Below, one piece after another: positions 48,059 through 57,089 of a stretch of 64,000 bases of DNA (its first letter is position 1; each line of letters begins with the position of its first letter). Under the pieces are notes generated by a model, which was not told the DNA's origin, searched no databases, and saw only the letters and a program-made list of their open reading frames with translations. Made by a program: the position numbers and the translations under genes. Where the stretch lies: assembly GCA_963750215.1 (NCBI GenBank), contig CAVVQK010000004.1, forward strand, positions 368,865 to 432,864, read 5' to 3'. The DNA comes from an uncultured beta proteobacterium. GTDB lineage: Bacteria; Pseudomonadota; Gammaproteobacteria; Burkholderiales; Casimicrobiaceae.

Positions 48059-48316
48059 ATGCACAATAACGCGCCGGATTTCTTTGCCTTTGAAATGGAC
48101 GAGACGGGTGGTCAACCCTCTCCAGGCGAGCAAGTCGTCGACGTGGGAAACCGCGATTCGGTGCTTGATTTCACCAAGTATTATCTGGAAGCGTTTTCGC
48201 GGGAGAAGAGCGTCGACGAGGTGCACCACGTGACGGCTGCCATCTCCCGCTACAAGGGGCCGCGCCTGGTGCGCTTCGCGACCCTCGAATCGTTCCTGGA
48301 GGGGCTGGAGCGCTAG
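48059..48316 (+). CDS. Hypothetical acidic 85-aa protein (no family recognised)
   Basis: ATG at 48059. The composition is protein-like (MHNNAPDFFAFEMDETGG...LDFTKYYLEAFSREKSVDEVHHV...LESFLEGLER). The third-position G/C bias is weaker in the first half than in neighbouring genes. Confidence 0.45.
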   Translation: MHNNAPDFFAFEMDETGGQPSPGEQVVDVGNRDSVLDFTKYYLEAFSREKSVDEVHHVTAAISRYKGPRLVRFATLESFLEGLER

Positions 48317-48768
48317 CCCCGCCCGTCGAGCCCGGGCGGCCGCCAACCCGGTCGCGCGGGCGGATGTCGCGATCGGCCAAGCCTCGACGCGCGGCGACGG
48401 CGGCAGCCCACCAGGCGTGGAGGACCAGCACGGCGCGGCCCTTGCCGGCGGGGGCAGGGCGAGGCAGCCGTCCGCTCGGGCATGCGGCATTCGAAAGCTC
48501 CTCGAATCGCTCGCGCGCGCACCGATGTCAGCCTCGGTTGCCTCGAAGGCACGCGGCGTCCATGCGGTCGACGTTCGTCGGGTCCATAGACCTTGGCACA
48601 CCCCTTGCACGGGGACCGGTGCGGCAGCAACTCGCCTGGTCTCGAGCGCCCGGTTGACGCACGTGGTCACAAAGCGTCGGTCGTGGGCCGCTGCATGGCC
48701 CGTGCCGGCATGAGGCACGCGTGCGCTTGGCGAGGGGTGGCCGGAACCGTGGCTGAAAGGATACGAAG

Positions 48769-49251
48769 ATGCTTGCTGAACTGCTCGACAACCTCGCCAG
48801 CGCCCTGGGCGGCCGCGCCGCGGACCCGAGCTGGGGTCGCGTGATTGACGCCTTTCGCCTGCAGCACCCCGAGGTGCTCTTCTGCGAAGAGCACCTTCGC
48901 GGGGAGCACGCGCCCGGCGGCTTCATCGTCTGGCGATTCGGCAGCGACGATTCCCGTGTCGCCGGTTTCAACTCGGGCGATCCCGTTGCGGCGGGAAGCT
49001 ATGGCGTGCAGCTGTTTGCGTCGCGGGAGGACGCGGAAGCCGAGGCTTGGCGCAAGCGGTTCGGTCCCGATCGGGTCGTCTTCGCGAGCACCGCCGCCGA
49101 GGCGGGCACCCGCACCGTGATCACCGGTATCGGCACCTTCGATTCCGATGCCCCCGCCGGAGAATTGACTTCGGGTCTCCACGACGGGAGTTTCGCCATG
49201 ATGGTCCTGTACGAGGACAGCCCGAGATACTCGGCGCGACGCTCGTCGTAG
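48769..49251 (+). CDS. Hypothetical 160-aa protein (no family recognised)
   Basis: ATG at 48769 follows AAGGA. Third-position G/C bias is strong throughout. No TM segment or signal peptide is present. Confidence 0.6.
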   Translation: MLAELLDNLASALGGRAADPSWGRVIDAFRLQHPEVLFCEEHLRGEHAPGGFIVWRFGSDDSRVAGFNSGDPVAAGSYGVQLFASREDAEAEAWRKRFGPDRVVFASTAAEAGTRTVITGIGTFDSDAPAGELTSGLHDGSFAMMVLYEDSPRYSARRSS

Positions 49252-49488
49252 CGGCAGCCTGGCGCTTGTGCGCGGTTGCGATCGGCAACGGTCGCGAAGC
49301 GGCTATCCGGCAGCTGGAATCCCGGTTGCCTTCAGGCGATTGATTCCGGCGCGTTTTTTTCGCGCCTGGCGGCGCAGCGCGCTCCTTGCGCTGGGCATCA
49401 TGCACCGGAGCGCGGTCAGCGCCGCCGCTGCGGCGCTGCCAGCCTTTCACCCCGTGTGGATCGGCGTCCGCCGGCGCGGCTTTTGCGA

Positions 49489-49812
49489 CTAGCTGCCGCT
49501 GCCGTAGTTGCGCGCCAGATACTCCGCCACCGGGTCGATCTGGTCGTCGGCAATCGGCGCGCCGTAAACCTTCTTCATCTTCTCGACCTCGGCCTTCCAG
49601 AACGCCAGCGGCTTGTCCCGTGGCTGGGTAGTGACGTAGTCGGCCGAGTGACAGATGAGGCACTGGCTGCCGGCGAGATCCGCTCCGGGCCCGGGCTTGA
49701 GCGTTGCGGTCTCGGTCGGCAACGCGATCTTGAGTCCCGCGGCGGGGGCGGTGACCGTCGCCGCGCCCGCCGCAGCAAGGAGTGCGAGCATGACCGCATG
49801 GGTGTGCTTCAT
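49489..49812 (-). CDS. sorB: Monohaem cytochrome c subunit of sulfite dehydrogenase (SorB-like)
   Basis: ATG at 49812 follows AGGGAG directly after the sorA stop; the listed start at 49827 is a TTG. A signal peptide and the haem motif CLICH are present. Confidence 0.85.
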   Translation of the reverse strand: MKHTHAVMLALLAAAGAATVTAPAAGLKIALPTETATLKPGPGADLAGSQCLICHSADYVTTQPRDKPLAFWKAEVEKMKKVYGAPIADDQIDPVAEYLARNYGSGS

Positions 49813-49823
49813 GGGAGCTCCCT

Positions 49824-51062
49824 TCAAGCCGCGGTGACGCGCGTGGTTTCAACCACGTTGCGCATATAGCCGGCCGGATTCCACAGCGCTTGCAGTGGCT
49901 GCGATTGTCCGATCGCGTTGACGGCGCGCACCTTCAACTCGTGCATCCCCGGGCTCAAGGCAATCGTCGTGTGCCATTCGCGGAACGAGTACCTGCCCAG
50001 ATCCTTGCCCAGCGTCGCCTCTTTCCAGCTCTGTCCGCCGTCGGCAGACAGATCGACTTCGCTGATGCCATAGCCGCCGTCGAAGGCAATTCCGCGCACG
50101 ACCACCCCGCTCCCGGCCTTGAGCGTCGCGCCGTCATCGATGTTGGTGATGAACGAGCGCACCGCGAAGCGGCCGATGGGGGTTGTCTTGCTCGGTGCGC
50201 TCCCGGGAGGCACGCAGGCGCAGGCGTTGTCCGGGATGCGGTAGGCCGTCGCCATCCAGAAGTTGGCGAGCACCTCGTCGATCACCGTGATCTCGTTCAA
50301 GTGCTTGACCCAGTAGGTGCCGAAGTAACCCGGCACGATCAGCCGCACCGGATAGCCGTTGAGCATCGGCAGATCGGCATCGTTCATCGCGTAGGCGATC
50401 ATCACCTCGCCATCCATGGCGTGGTCGACATCGAGCGCCTTGGCGAAGTCGGGTGTGGCCGGCAGCACGGGCCCGTCCAGGCCGTCAAACCGGACCTGCT
50501 TCGCGCCGGCCTGCACGCCGGCTTTTTCCAGGACGGCCTTAAGCGGGACACCGCGCCATTTGGCATTGCCCATCGCCCCGTTGGCGAGCTGCCCGCCGGC
50601 AACGCGCGGGGAAAAAAGGCCGCGGCTGTTGCCCGAGCACTGGTTGACCGCGACGTATTCGATCGCATCGAGCTTTTTGAGCTCCGCCACGGAGAGCGAG
50701 AGCGCCGTGTTGACCTTGCCCTTGATGGCGATGCGGAAGGTATCGAGATCGATTTCGGTCGGTATCCCCGCCAGGTGATAGCGGACGAAGAAGGCGTCGT
50801 TGGGCGTGATCACGCCCTGGTCGAAGACCGCCCACGGCGTCTCCAGCTGCGGCGGGCGGCGGGTGAGCACGATCAGCGGCCGCTTCTGCGGATAGCTCGC
50901 CAGCGGCCGCTCGCCGTTGCCGATCGGCAAGGTAACCGTGTCGGCCGCCACCGCATCCAGGGCACGGGCGCCGATCAGGGTGCCAGCGCCGAGGGCGCTC
51001 GCCGCCTGCAGAAACCCCCGCCGTGAGCTGAGCTTCGGAACGATTCGGCGTGTGTCGGCCAT
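49824..51062 (-). CDS. sorA: Molybdopterin sulfite dehydrogenase / sulfite oxidase-family catalytic subunit (SorA-like), Tat-exported
   Basis: ATG at 51062 follows AGGAGG. Tat signal: SSRRGFLQAASALGAGTL. Both the oxidoreductase molybdopterin-binding and Mo-co dimerisation regions are present (VAVNQCSGNSRG...PVRLIVPGYFGTYWVKHL). Confidence 0.9.
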   Translation of the reverse strand: MADTRRIVPKLSSRRGFLQAASALGAGTLIGARALDAVAADTVTLPIGNGERPLASYPQKRPLIVLTRRPPQLETPWAVFDQGVITPNDAFFVRYHLAGIPTEIDLDTFRIAIKGKVNTALSLSVAELKKLDAIEYVAVNQCSGNSRGLFSPRVAGGQLANGAMGNAKWRGVPLKAVLEKAGVQAGAKQVRFDGLDGPVLPATPDFAKALDVDHAMDGEVMIAYAMNDADLPMLNGYPVRLIVPGYFGTYWVKHLNEITVIDEVLANFWMATAYRIPDNACACVPPGSAPSKTTPIGRFAVRSFITNIDDGATLKAGSGVVVRGIAFDGGYGISEVDLSADGGQSWKEATLGKDLGRYSFREWHTTIALSPGMHELKVRAVNAIGQSQPLQALWNPAGYMRNVVETTRVTAA

Positions 51063-51348
51063 GCACTCCTCCTTCGTCGCCGGGGCACCTCCCGCATGCT
51101 TCCGCGGCGGCGGGATGGCGTGGCCCCATACATCAGACGCTACCCGAAAGAGCCCCGGCGAGGCAAGCCCCCGGCCCGGCGGCTTGTCGAAGCGCACGGC
51201 GCCGGCCTGAAGCGGCGCCCCGGGGCTTTTCCTGCCGGCGGGGCGTCCGACCGCAACGCCTTGTATGTTGGAAAGTGAGCGATTTGCAGTACGCGCTATG
51301 AGCGGTAGAGACTATGGTTTCTCCGGGGAGGCCGTCAGCGCCGGCTTG

Positions 51349-51455
51349 GACCTTGTGTCTTAGATCGGCCCCCCGCCTTCTTTGCCAATACCGTGGAGTA
51401 TCACAGACCTGAGAGTCTGCATCACAAGGTCGGTTTAGCAAGGGTGCAAGGTCGG
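51349..51455 (+). ncRNA. Candidate structured 5' leader of the IS110 element (possible bridge-RNA-type guide RNA)
   Basis: GACCTTGTG (51349-51357) is perfectly complementary to CACAAGGTC (51423-51431). The pair encloses an inner hairpin, CAGAC (51403-51407) with GTCTG (51415-51419). CAAGGTCGG is repeated at 51425-51433 and 51447-51455, which offers an alternative pairing. The loop segment GTCTTAGAT (51357-51365) is the reverse complement of ATCTAAGAC (52508-52516). Confidence 0.25.
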
Positions 51456-51489
51456 GGGAACCGGAGTTCAGCGTAGTCCGGGAGCCGCC

Positions 51490-52494
51490 ATGAAGCAAGT
51501 CAACCAGATCGGGGTCGATGTAGATTCGGAAGAGTTGGTGTGCATGATGCAGCGTGCGGGACAACGGCTGCCGCTGGCGACGTTTGCGAACGCTGCGGCG
51601 GGGCACAAGAAATTCATACGTTGGGCGACCAAGGGTGGCCGCCCGGCGCGGGTCTGTCTGGAAGCGACCGGGATCTACAGCCTGGAGTTCGCGCTCGCCT
51701 TGCACCATGCCAAGAACGTGGAAGTAATGGTGGTCAACCCTCGGGCGATGAAGGATTTCGCCCGGGCGTGCATGCAACGGGCCAAGACCGACGCCGTGGA
51801 CGCCGGCGGCATTCTGGACTATCTCGAACGCATGCCGTTTAGCGCGTGGCAACCTCCGGCCCCGGAGATCCTGGAGCTGCAGGCAATCAGCCGCCGCATC
51901 GACCAACTGCACACCGAGCTCGTGCGGGAGAAGAATCGCCGCCATGCCGCGGAGTTTAGCGGGGCGAGTGCGGATGCGATCGCCCACGACATCGAGGTCA
52001 ATATTCATCACCTGGAACGGCGCCTCGAGCGCATGCAAGACAGTGGCCTGCAGCTGGTGCGTCGCGTACCCGCGCTGGCCGCCAAGCTCGCCCACCTGGT
52101 CTCGGCCAAGGGCATCGGCGAAGCCTCCGCGATGCGGATCTTGGCGGAAGTCTTGGTGCTCCCTGACGATCTGGCCGCCCCGCAGTGGGTGGCTCATGCC
52201 GGGCTTGATCCACGCCCCTACGAGTCGGGCACCTCGGTCCATCGCCCGCGGCGCATCAGCAAGGTCGGCAACCGCCACCTGCGTGCTGCCCTTTACATGC
52301 CCGCCCTGACGGCCATTCGACACGAGCCCCACGTCAAAGCGTTCTACGACAAGCTCGTTGCGGCCGGGAAGAAGCCGCTGCAAGCCATCGTCGCAGTAAT
52401 GCGCAAACTGCTGCATGCCATTTGGGGCATGCTCAAGCACGACCAGGACTTCGACGGTAACAAATTCTTCAGGCTCACCGCGAAAACTGCTTGA
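51490..52494 (+). CDS. IS110-family transposase (DEDD recombinase)
   Basis: The N-terminal RuvC-like DEDD domain is present (IGVDVDSEELVC...VCLEATGIYSLEFA...KTDAVDAGGI). So is the C-terminal Transposase_20 block (GIGEASAMRILAEV...GLDPRPYESGTSVHRPRRISKVGNRHLRAALYMPAL). Confidence 0.92.
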   Translation: MKQVNQIGVDVDSEELVCMMQRAGQRLPLATFANAAAGHKKFIRWATKGGRPARVCLEATGIYSLEFALALHHAKNVEVMVVNPRAMKDFARACMQRAKTDAVDAGGILDYLERMPFSAWQPPAPEILELQAISRRIDQLHTELVREKNRRHAAEFSGASADAIAHDIEVNIHHLERRLERMQDSGLQLVRRVPALAAKLAHLVSAKGIGEASAMRILAEVLVLPDDLAAPQWVAHAGLDPRPYESGTSVHRPRRISKVGNRHLRAALYMPALTAIRHEPHVKAFYDKLVAAGKKPLQAIVAVMRKLLHAIWGMLKHDQDFDGNKFFRLTAKTA

Positions 52495-52771
52495 CAGGAA
52501 ACAGAGTATCTAAGACGGGTGCGGGTTGCGCATCATGGCCAGACAAGGCAGGACCATCCGGGCAGACGACACTCCCCGCGACCCGCGATTGATTGCCGGC
52601 GCTTGCCAGGGCACCGGACCCCAGAGATTTTCGGCTCTCGGGGGAGACGCCCCCCGCGTTCGGCAACTGCAGGTTTAGCCACGCAGCGCAGCGGAATCCA
52701 CCGGCCGCGGGTCGATGCCCGCGAAAGGATCGACAGCGTCAAGGCGCCTCATGGCGGCAGCTGAGCGCGCT

Positions 52772-55039
52772 TTAGGACATCGCATCCACCACGGCCAGTG
52801 CCGTGAGGTTAACTATCCGGCGCACCGTTGCGGTTGGCGTCAGAATATGCGCCGGCTTATTGGCGCCCAGCAGGATAGGGCCAATGGTGATGCCCTGGCC
52901 GCCTGACACCTTGAGCAAGTTAAACGAGATATTGGCCGCATCGAGATTGGGCATGATCAGCAGGTTTGCCTCGCCTTTGAGCGAAGATTGCGGGTACACG
53001 AGGTCCCGAATCGCCACCGACAGCGCGGCGTCCCCATGCATTTCTCCGTCGACCTCCAGTTCCGGATGCCGCTCGACGAGCAGCCGTCGGGCATCGCGCA
53101 TCTTGCGTGCCGAAACTGAATCGGCGCTGCCGAAATTGGAGTGCGACAAGAGCGCAATCTTAGGCGTAATGCCAAAGCGGCTGACCTCTTCGGCCGCCAT
53201 CGTGGTAATGCAAACGATTTCCTCCGGTGAGGGATTCTCGTTGACGTAGGTGTCGGCAATGAAAAGCGCCCGGTTGGGCAGCAGCAACCCGTTCATCGCC
53301 GCAAACACGCAGGTGTCGGAACGTTGGCCAAGGACGTTGGCCACATGCCGCAGGTGGGCGTGGTAGCGGCCAACAGTTCCAACAAGCAACGCATCGCATG
53401 CACCCATCTCGAGGAGCAGCGTGGCGATCAGGCTGGGCTTGCGCAGGACCGCCTCCTTGGCAGCCTCCGGAGTGATGCCGTGCCGTCCCATCAATTGCTG
53501 GTAGCGCTGCCAGGTTGCACGATAGCGCGGGTCGTCGTTGATGTTGACAAGCTCGAAATCCACGCCGGGTTTGAGTCGCAGTCCGAATTTTTTGATGCGC
53601 GCCGTGATTACATCGGGGCGCCCGATGAGTATGGGTTTGGCCAGCCCTTCGTCGACCACGACCTGCACCGCCCGCAACACACGTTCCTCCTCGCCCTCCG
53701 AATAGACGACCCGCTTGGGCGCCTGCTTGGCGCGCTCGAACACCGGCCTCATGATCAGCCCGGTGTGGTAGATGAACTGCGTCAGGCGCTCGCGATAGCG
53801 ATTGAAGTCCTCGATGGGCCGCGTGGCGACGCCGCTGTCCATTGCCGCTTTGGCGACCGCTGGCGCGATCGTGACGATGAGACGCGGATCGAAAGGCTTC
53901 GGAATCAGGTACTCGGGGCCGAAGGAAAGATCCACGTCGGCGTATGCCTGGGCGACGACATCTGACTGCTCGGCGCGCGCGAGATCGGCGATCGAACGCA
54001 CGCAGGCGAGCTTCATCGCCTCGTTGATGGTAGTGGCACCCACGTCCAGCGCGCCCCGGAAGATGAATGGAAAGCAGAGAACGTTATTGACCTGATTCGG
54101 GTAGTCGGAGCGCCCGGTGGCAATGATCGCGTCGGCGCGAACGGCCTTGGCGAGTTCGGGGAGGATTTCCGGTTCGGGGTTGGCCAGCGCCAGGATGAGC
54201 GGATTGGGCGCCATCGTCTTGACCATGTCTTGGGTCAGCACCCGCGGGCCGGACAAGCCGAGAAAAATATCGGCACCTTGAATCGCCTCGGCCAACACGC
54301 GGGCCGAGCAATCGCGTGCGTAGCGCGCCTTGTTGGGCTCCATGGGTGTTTCGCGCCCGGAATAGATCACGCCTTTGCTGTCGCAGACGATAACGTTGTC
54401 GCGCCTGAGGCCCAGGGCAACGAGCAGGTCGAGGCAGGCAACGGCGGCCGCTCCCGCCCCCGAGCAAACCAGGCGGACCTTGGCAATATCCTTGGAAACG
54501 ACGCGCAATGCGTTCTCGACCGCGGCGCCAACGATGATCGCCGTTCCATGCTGATCGTCGTGGAAAACCGGAATCTTCATCCGCTCGCGCAGCTTTTTTT
54601 CAATGTAGAAGCATTCCGGCGCCTTGATGTCTTCGAGGTTGATGCCCCCGAACGTGGGTTCGAGCCGGGCGATGGTGTCGACCAGCAGGTCAGGGTCGGT
54701 TTCGGCAATCTCGATGTCGAATACGTCGATACCCGCGAACCTCTTGAACAGACACGCCTTCCCTTCCATCACCGGCTTGCCCGCAAGCGGGCCGATATTG
54801 CCCAGGCCCAGTACCGCCGTGCCATTGGTGATCACCGCCACCAGGTTGGCGCGCGACGTGAGCGTTTGTGCTTCCCTGGGATCCTCGACGATGGCGTCAC
54901 AGGCCGCGGCGACGCCGGGTGAGTAGGCCAGCGCCAAGTCGTGCTGATTGACCAGTTCCTTGGTCGGAGCGATCGAGATTTTGCCGGCGGTCGGCTGCCG
55001 GTGATATTCAAGGGCGGCGGCGCGCAGTTGATCATCCAT
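52772..55039 (-). CDS. maeB: NADP-dependent malic enzyme MaeB (malic enzyme fused to a phosphotransacetylase-like domain)
   Basis: ATG at 55039 follows GGAGA. Sequence: [25 protein letters not shown]...[11 protein letters not shown]...[22 protein letters not shown], followed by a C-terminal PTA-like half. Confidence 0.93.
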   Translation of the reverse strand: MDDQLRAAALEYHRQPTAGKISIAPTKELVNQHDLALAYSPGVAAACDAIVEDPREAQTLTSRANLVAVITNGTAVLGLGNIGPLAGKPVMEGKACLFKRFAGIDVFDIEIAETDPDLLVDTIARLEPTFGGINLEDIKAPECFYIEKKLRERMKIPVFHDDQHGTAIIVGAAVENALRVVSKDIAKVRLVCSGAGAAAVACLDLLVALGLRRDNVIVCDSKGVIYSGRETPMEPNKARYARDCSARVLAEAIQGADIFLGLSGPRVLTQDMVKTMAPNPLILALANPEPEILPELAKAVRADAIIATGRSDYPNQVNNVLCFPFIFRGALDVGATTINEAMKLACVRSIADLARAEQSDVVAQAYADVDLSFGPEYLIPKPFDPRLIVTIAPAVAKAAMDSGVATRPIEDFNRYRERLTQFIYHTGLIMRPVFERAKQAPKRVVYSEGEEERVLRAVQVVVDEGLAKPILIGRPDVITARIKKFGLRLKPGVDFELVNINDDPRYRATWQRYQQLMGRHGITPEAAKEAVLRKPSLIATLLLEMGACDALLVGTVGRYHAHLRHVANVLGQRSDTCVFAAMNGLLLPNRALFIADTYVNENPSPEEIVCITTMAAEEVSRFGITPKIALLSHSNFGSADSVSARKMRDARRLLVERHPELEVDGEMHGDAALSVAIRDLVYPQSSLKGEANLLIMPNLDAANISFNLLKVSGGQGITIGPILLGANKPAHILTPTATVRRIVNLTALAVVDAMS

Positions 55040-55067
55040 TCGAGTTCTCCAGTGGGTTACGCAGACG

Positions 55068-55994
55068 TCAATAGCCTTTGGTGCGGTCGACCACATCGGT
55101 CATCGGTTCGCCTGCCTCGAACCGTCGAATGTTTTCGAGAAGGGCCAGAGCGGCGGTCTCGGGCTGCGTCATGCTGGCGATGTGCGGTGTAAGCAGGATC
55201 TTCGGATGCTTCCAGAATGGATGATCCGCCGCTAACGGCTCGGTCGCGGCGACGTCGAGTATCGCGCTCGACAGCTGGCCACCTTCGAGTGCGTCGAGCA
55301 GATCCTCTTCGACCAGGTGACCGCCGCGCCCGACATTGATCAATGCCGCCCCCGCCGGCATCGCCTCCAGGACCCGCCGGCACAGGATGCCCCTTGTCTG
55401 CGGTGTGAGCGGCAACAGGCAGATCAGGATGTCGCAGCGGCTGAGAAATCCGGGCAACTCTTCCAAGCCCGCGAAGCATGTGACCCCCTCCATGGTATGC
55501 CCGGAGCGACTCCAGCCCGCCAGGGGAAAACCGAAGCCGCTCAGGCGCTCGAGAACGGTTCGCCCGAGACGCCCGAGGCCCATGACGCCGATCCGCCGAC
55601 GGTTGGACGGTAGGACCCTGATCGGCTCCCACCGCCCGCGCCGCTGATCGTCGATGTACCTGATGATATGACGGTGCATGGCGAGCGTGGCGAACACCAC
55701 GTATTCCACCATCCCGGCAACGAGTCCCGGCTCGACAAGCCGGACGACCGGAATGTCAGCCGGGATCGACGCCAGGTCGAACTGATCGACACCGGCCCCT
55801 ACGGAAAAGATTACCCTTACCTGGGGAAAGGATTCGAGAATATCGGGCGGTGGCTGCCAGGCGGCCAGGTAGCGGATTGCGGCAGGGTCGCCGATATCGG
55901 GCCAGATCCGAAAGGGCAGATTGGGCGCTCGCGCGGCCAATATTCGTTGCCACTCGAGCCCACGCTCGACGTCTGCCTTATAGAGAATGGTCAT
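55068..55994 (-). CDS. ghrA: Glyoxylate/hydroxypyruvate reductase A-like D-2-hydroxyacid dehydrogenase
   Basis: From memory the protein is collinear with E. coli GhrA, including GVMGLGRLG (NAD site), LPLTPQTRGI, NVGRGGHLVEEDLL, LTPHIAS and the C-terminal VDRTKGY. Confidence 0.85.
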   Translation of the reverse strand: MTILYKADVERGLEWQRILAARAPNLPFRIWPDIGDPAAIRYLAAWQPPPDILESFPQVRVIFSVGAGVDQFDLASIPADIPVVRLVEPGLVAGMVEYVVFATLAMHRHIIRYIDDQRRGRWEPIRVLPSNRRRIGVMGLGRLGRTVLERLSGFGFPLAGWSRSGHTMEGVTCFAGLEELPGFLSRCDILICLLPLTPQTRGILCRRVLEAMPAGAALINVGRGGHLVEEDLLDALEGGQLSSAILDVAATEPLAADHPFWKHPKILLTPHIASMTQPETAALALLENIRRFEAGEPMTDVVDRTKGY

Positions 55995-56113
55995 CCAAAG
56001 GTTACCTTTCGACGGCTAGTCTCGTCGCTTGTCGACACGCTTGGATATCCATCCGCGACGATGTCCCGCCAGGGCATGGTTCCGTGCGCGGTCTTGAACC
56101 CCTTATCCGGGCC

Positions 56114-56917
56114 TCACTTGAACCGCTCGTCACGCCAGCGGATCGCCGCTTTCAAGCCCTGCTCGCGTGCGATCTGGCGGAACTCCTGGCCCTCGGGGGA
56201 TTGCGCCATCGAGGTGAGGCAGAACATATCCTTGCCGTATTCGATGGTGGCGGTCAGCCCGCGCATGTCGTAGGCGCGGTTGATCGCCTCCTTGTTCTGC
56301 TTCATCGCGACCGCGGGCAGGCGCGCAAGGCGCAGTGCGATCTTTCGCGCCTCCGCCATCAACTCGCTAGCCGGTACGACGCGGTTCACGAGGCCCACGC
56401 GATGTGCTTCCTGAGCGCTCACGCGCTCGCCGAGCAATAGCAGCTCCTTGGTATGCTTCATGCCAAGCACCCACGGCATGATCAGGAATGGCGGGGCAGA
56501 GCTGAACTCGATTTCCGGCTCGCCAAACTGCGCGGTGTCCGCGGCGATGGTGAAGTCGCAGACCATCGCCAGGTCACAGCCGCCGCCGAGGCAGTAACCG
56601 TTCACCGCCGCGACGACCGGCAGGCGCGAGTTCCAGATCTTGAACCAGGTATCGTTGCCGTCTTTGGCGTGCTCGCGCCAGTCCTGGACCGAGGCACGCG
56701 GCTTCTCGCGCGGGGTGATATCGAAGCCCGCGCTGAAGGCCTTGCCCGAGCCAGTGACGATGAGCGCGCGCACCGACGCATCGGCCTCGAGCTCATCCAT
56801 CGCCGCTTTCATGTCGGCGAGCAGCGCATCGGACAACGAATTCATCTTCTCCGGCCGGTTCAGCATGAGCACCGCGACGACGCCATCGCGTTCGAGCATG
56901 ATGGTGGAGTAGGTCAT
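56114..56917 (-). CDS. Enoyl-CoA hydratase/isomerase (crotonase) family protein
   Basis: I prefer the ATG at 56917; the listed first M is a TTG. Sequence: VAVLMLNRPEKMNSL...VTGSGKAFSAGFDI...VAAVNGYCLGGGCDLAMVCD. Confidence 0.88.
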   Translation of the reverse strand: MTYSTIMLERDGVVAVLMLNRPEKMNSLSDALLADMKAAMDELEADASVRALIVTGSGKAFSAGFDITPREKPRASVQDWREHAKDGNDTWFKIWNSRLPVVAAVNGYCLGGGCDLAMVCDFTIAADTAQFGEPEIEFSSAPPFLIMPWVLGMKHTKELLLLGERVSAQEAHRVGLVNRVVPASELMAEARKIALRLARLPAVAMKQNKEAINRAYDMRGLTATIEYGKDMFCLTSMAQSPEGQEFRQIAREQGLKAAIRWRDERFK

Positions 56918-57089
56918 CAAAGAATCCTTCTCGGTGGATACATTGGCGTGGAACTAAAGTGCAATCGCCTGCGGGTCCGAGCGGCCTGCCCCAGGCAAAT
57001 GCGCTACCGCTGCGCTGCTGCGTCTCGATCCCGCGCCGCGTTGCCACCCGAAGCCCAGGTGGCCGCCGCAGGCAGCGCATATGCTTCGT

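Larger units (their letters stand above)
51290..52520 (+). mobile_element. IS110-family insertion sequence (boundaries approximate)
   Basis: One DEDD-type transposase ORF is flanked by noncoding sequence with locally lower G+C than the neighbours. G+C drops from about 51262. I did not recognise classical terminal inverted repeats, which is normal for this family. The right limit is set provisionally just past the 52508-52516 match described in the findings, but the element could extend toward 52760. Confidence 0.6.

Noticed and set aside
49348-49366. A hairpin, GGCGCG-TTTTTTT-CGCGCC, between the convergent 160-aa ORF and sorB, considered as a bidirectional terminator.
   Set aside because: The T-run is in the loop and does not trail the stem, and the stem is only 6 bp. 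It does not fit an intrinsic terminator on either strand. I left it unannotated.
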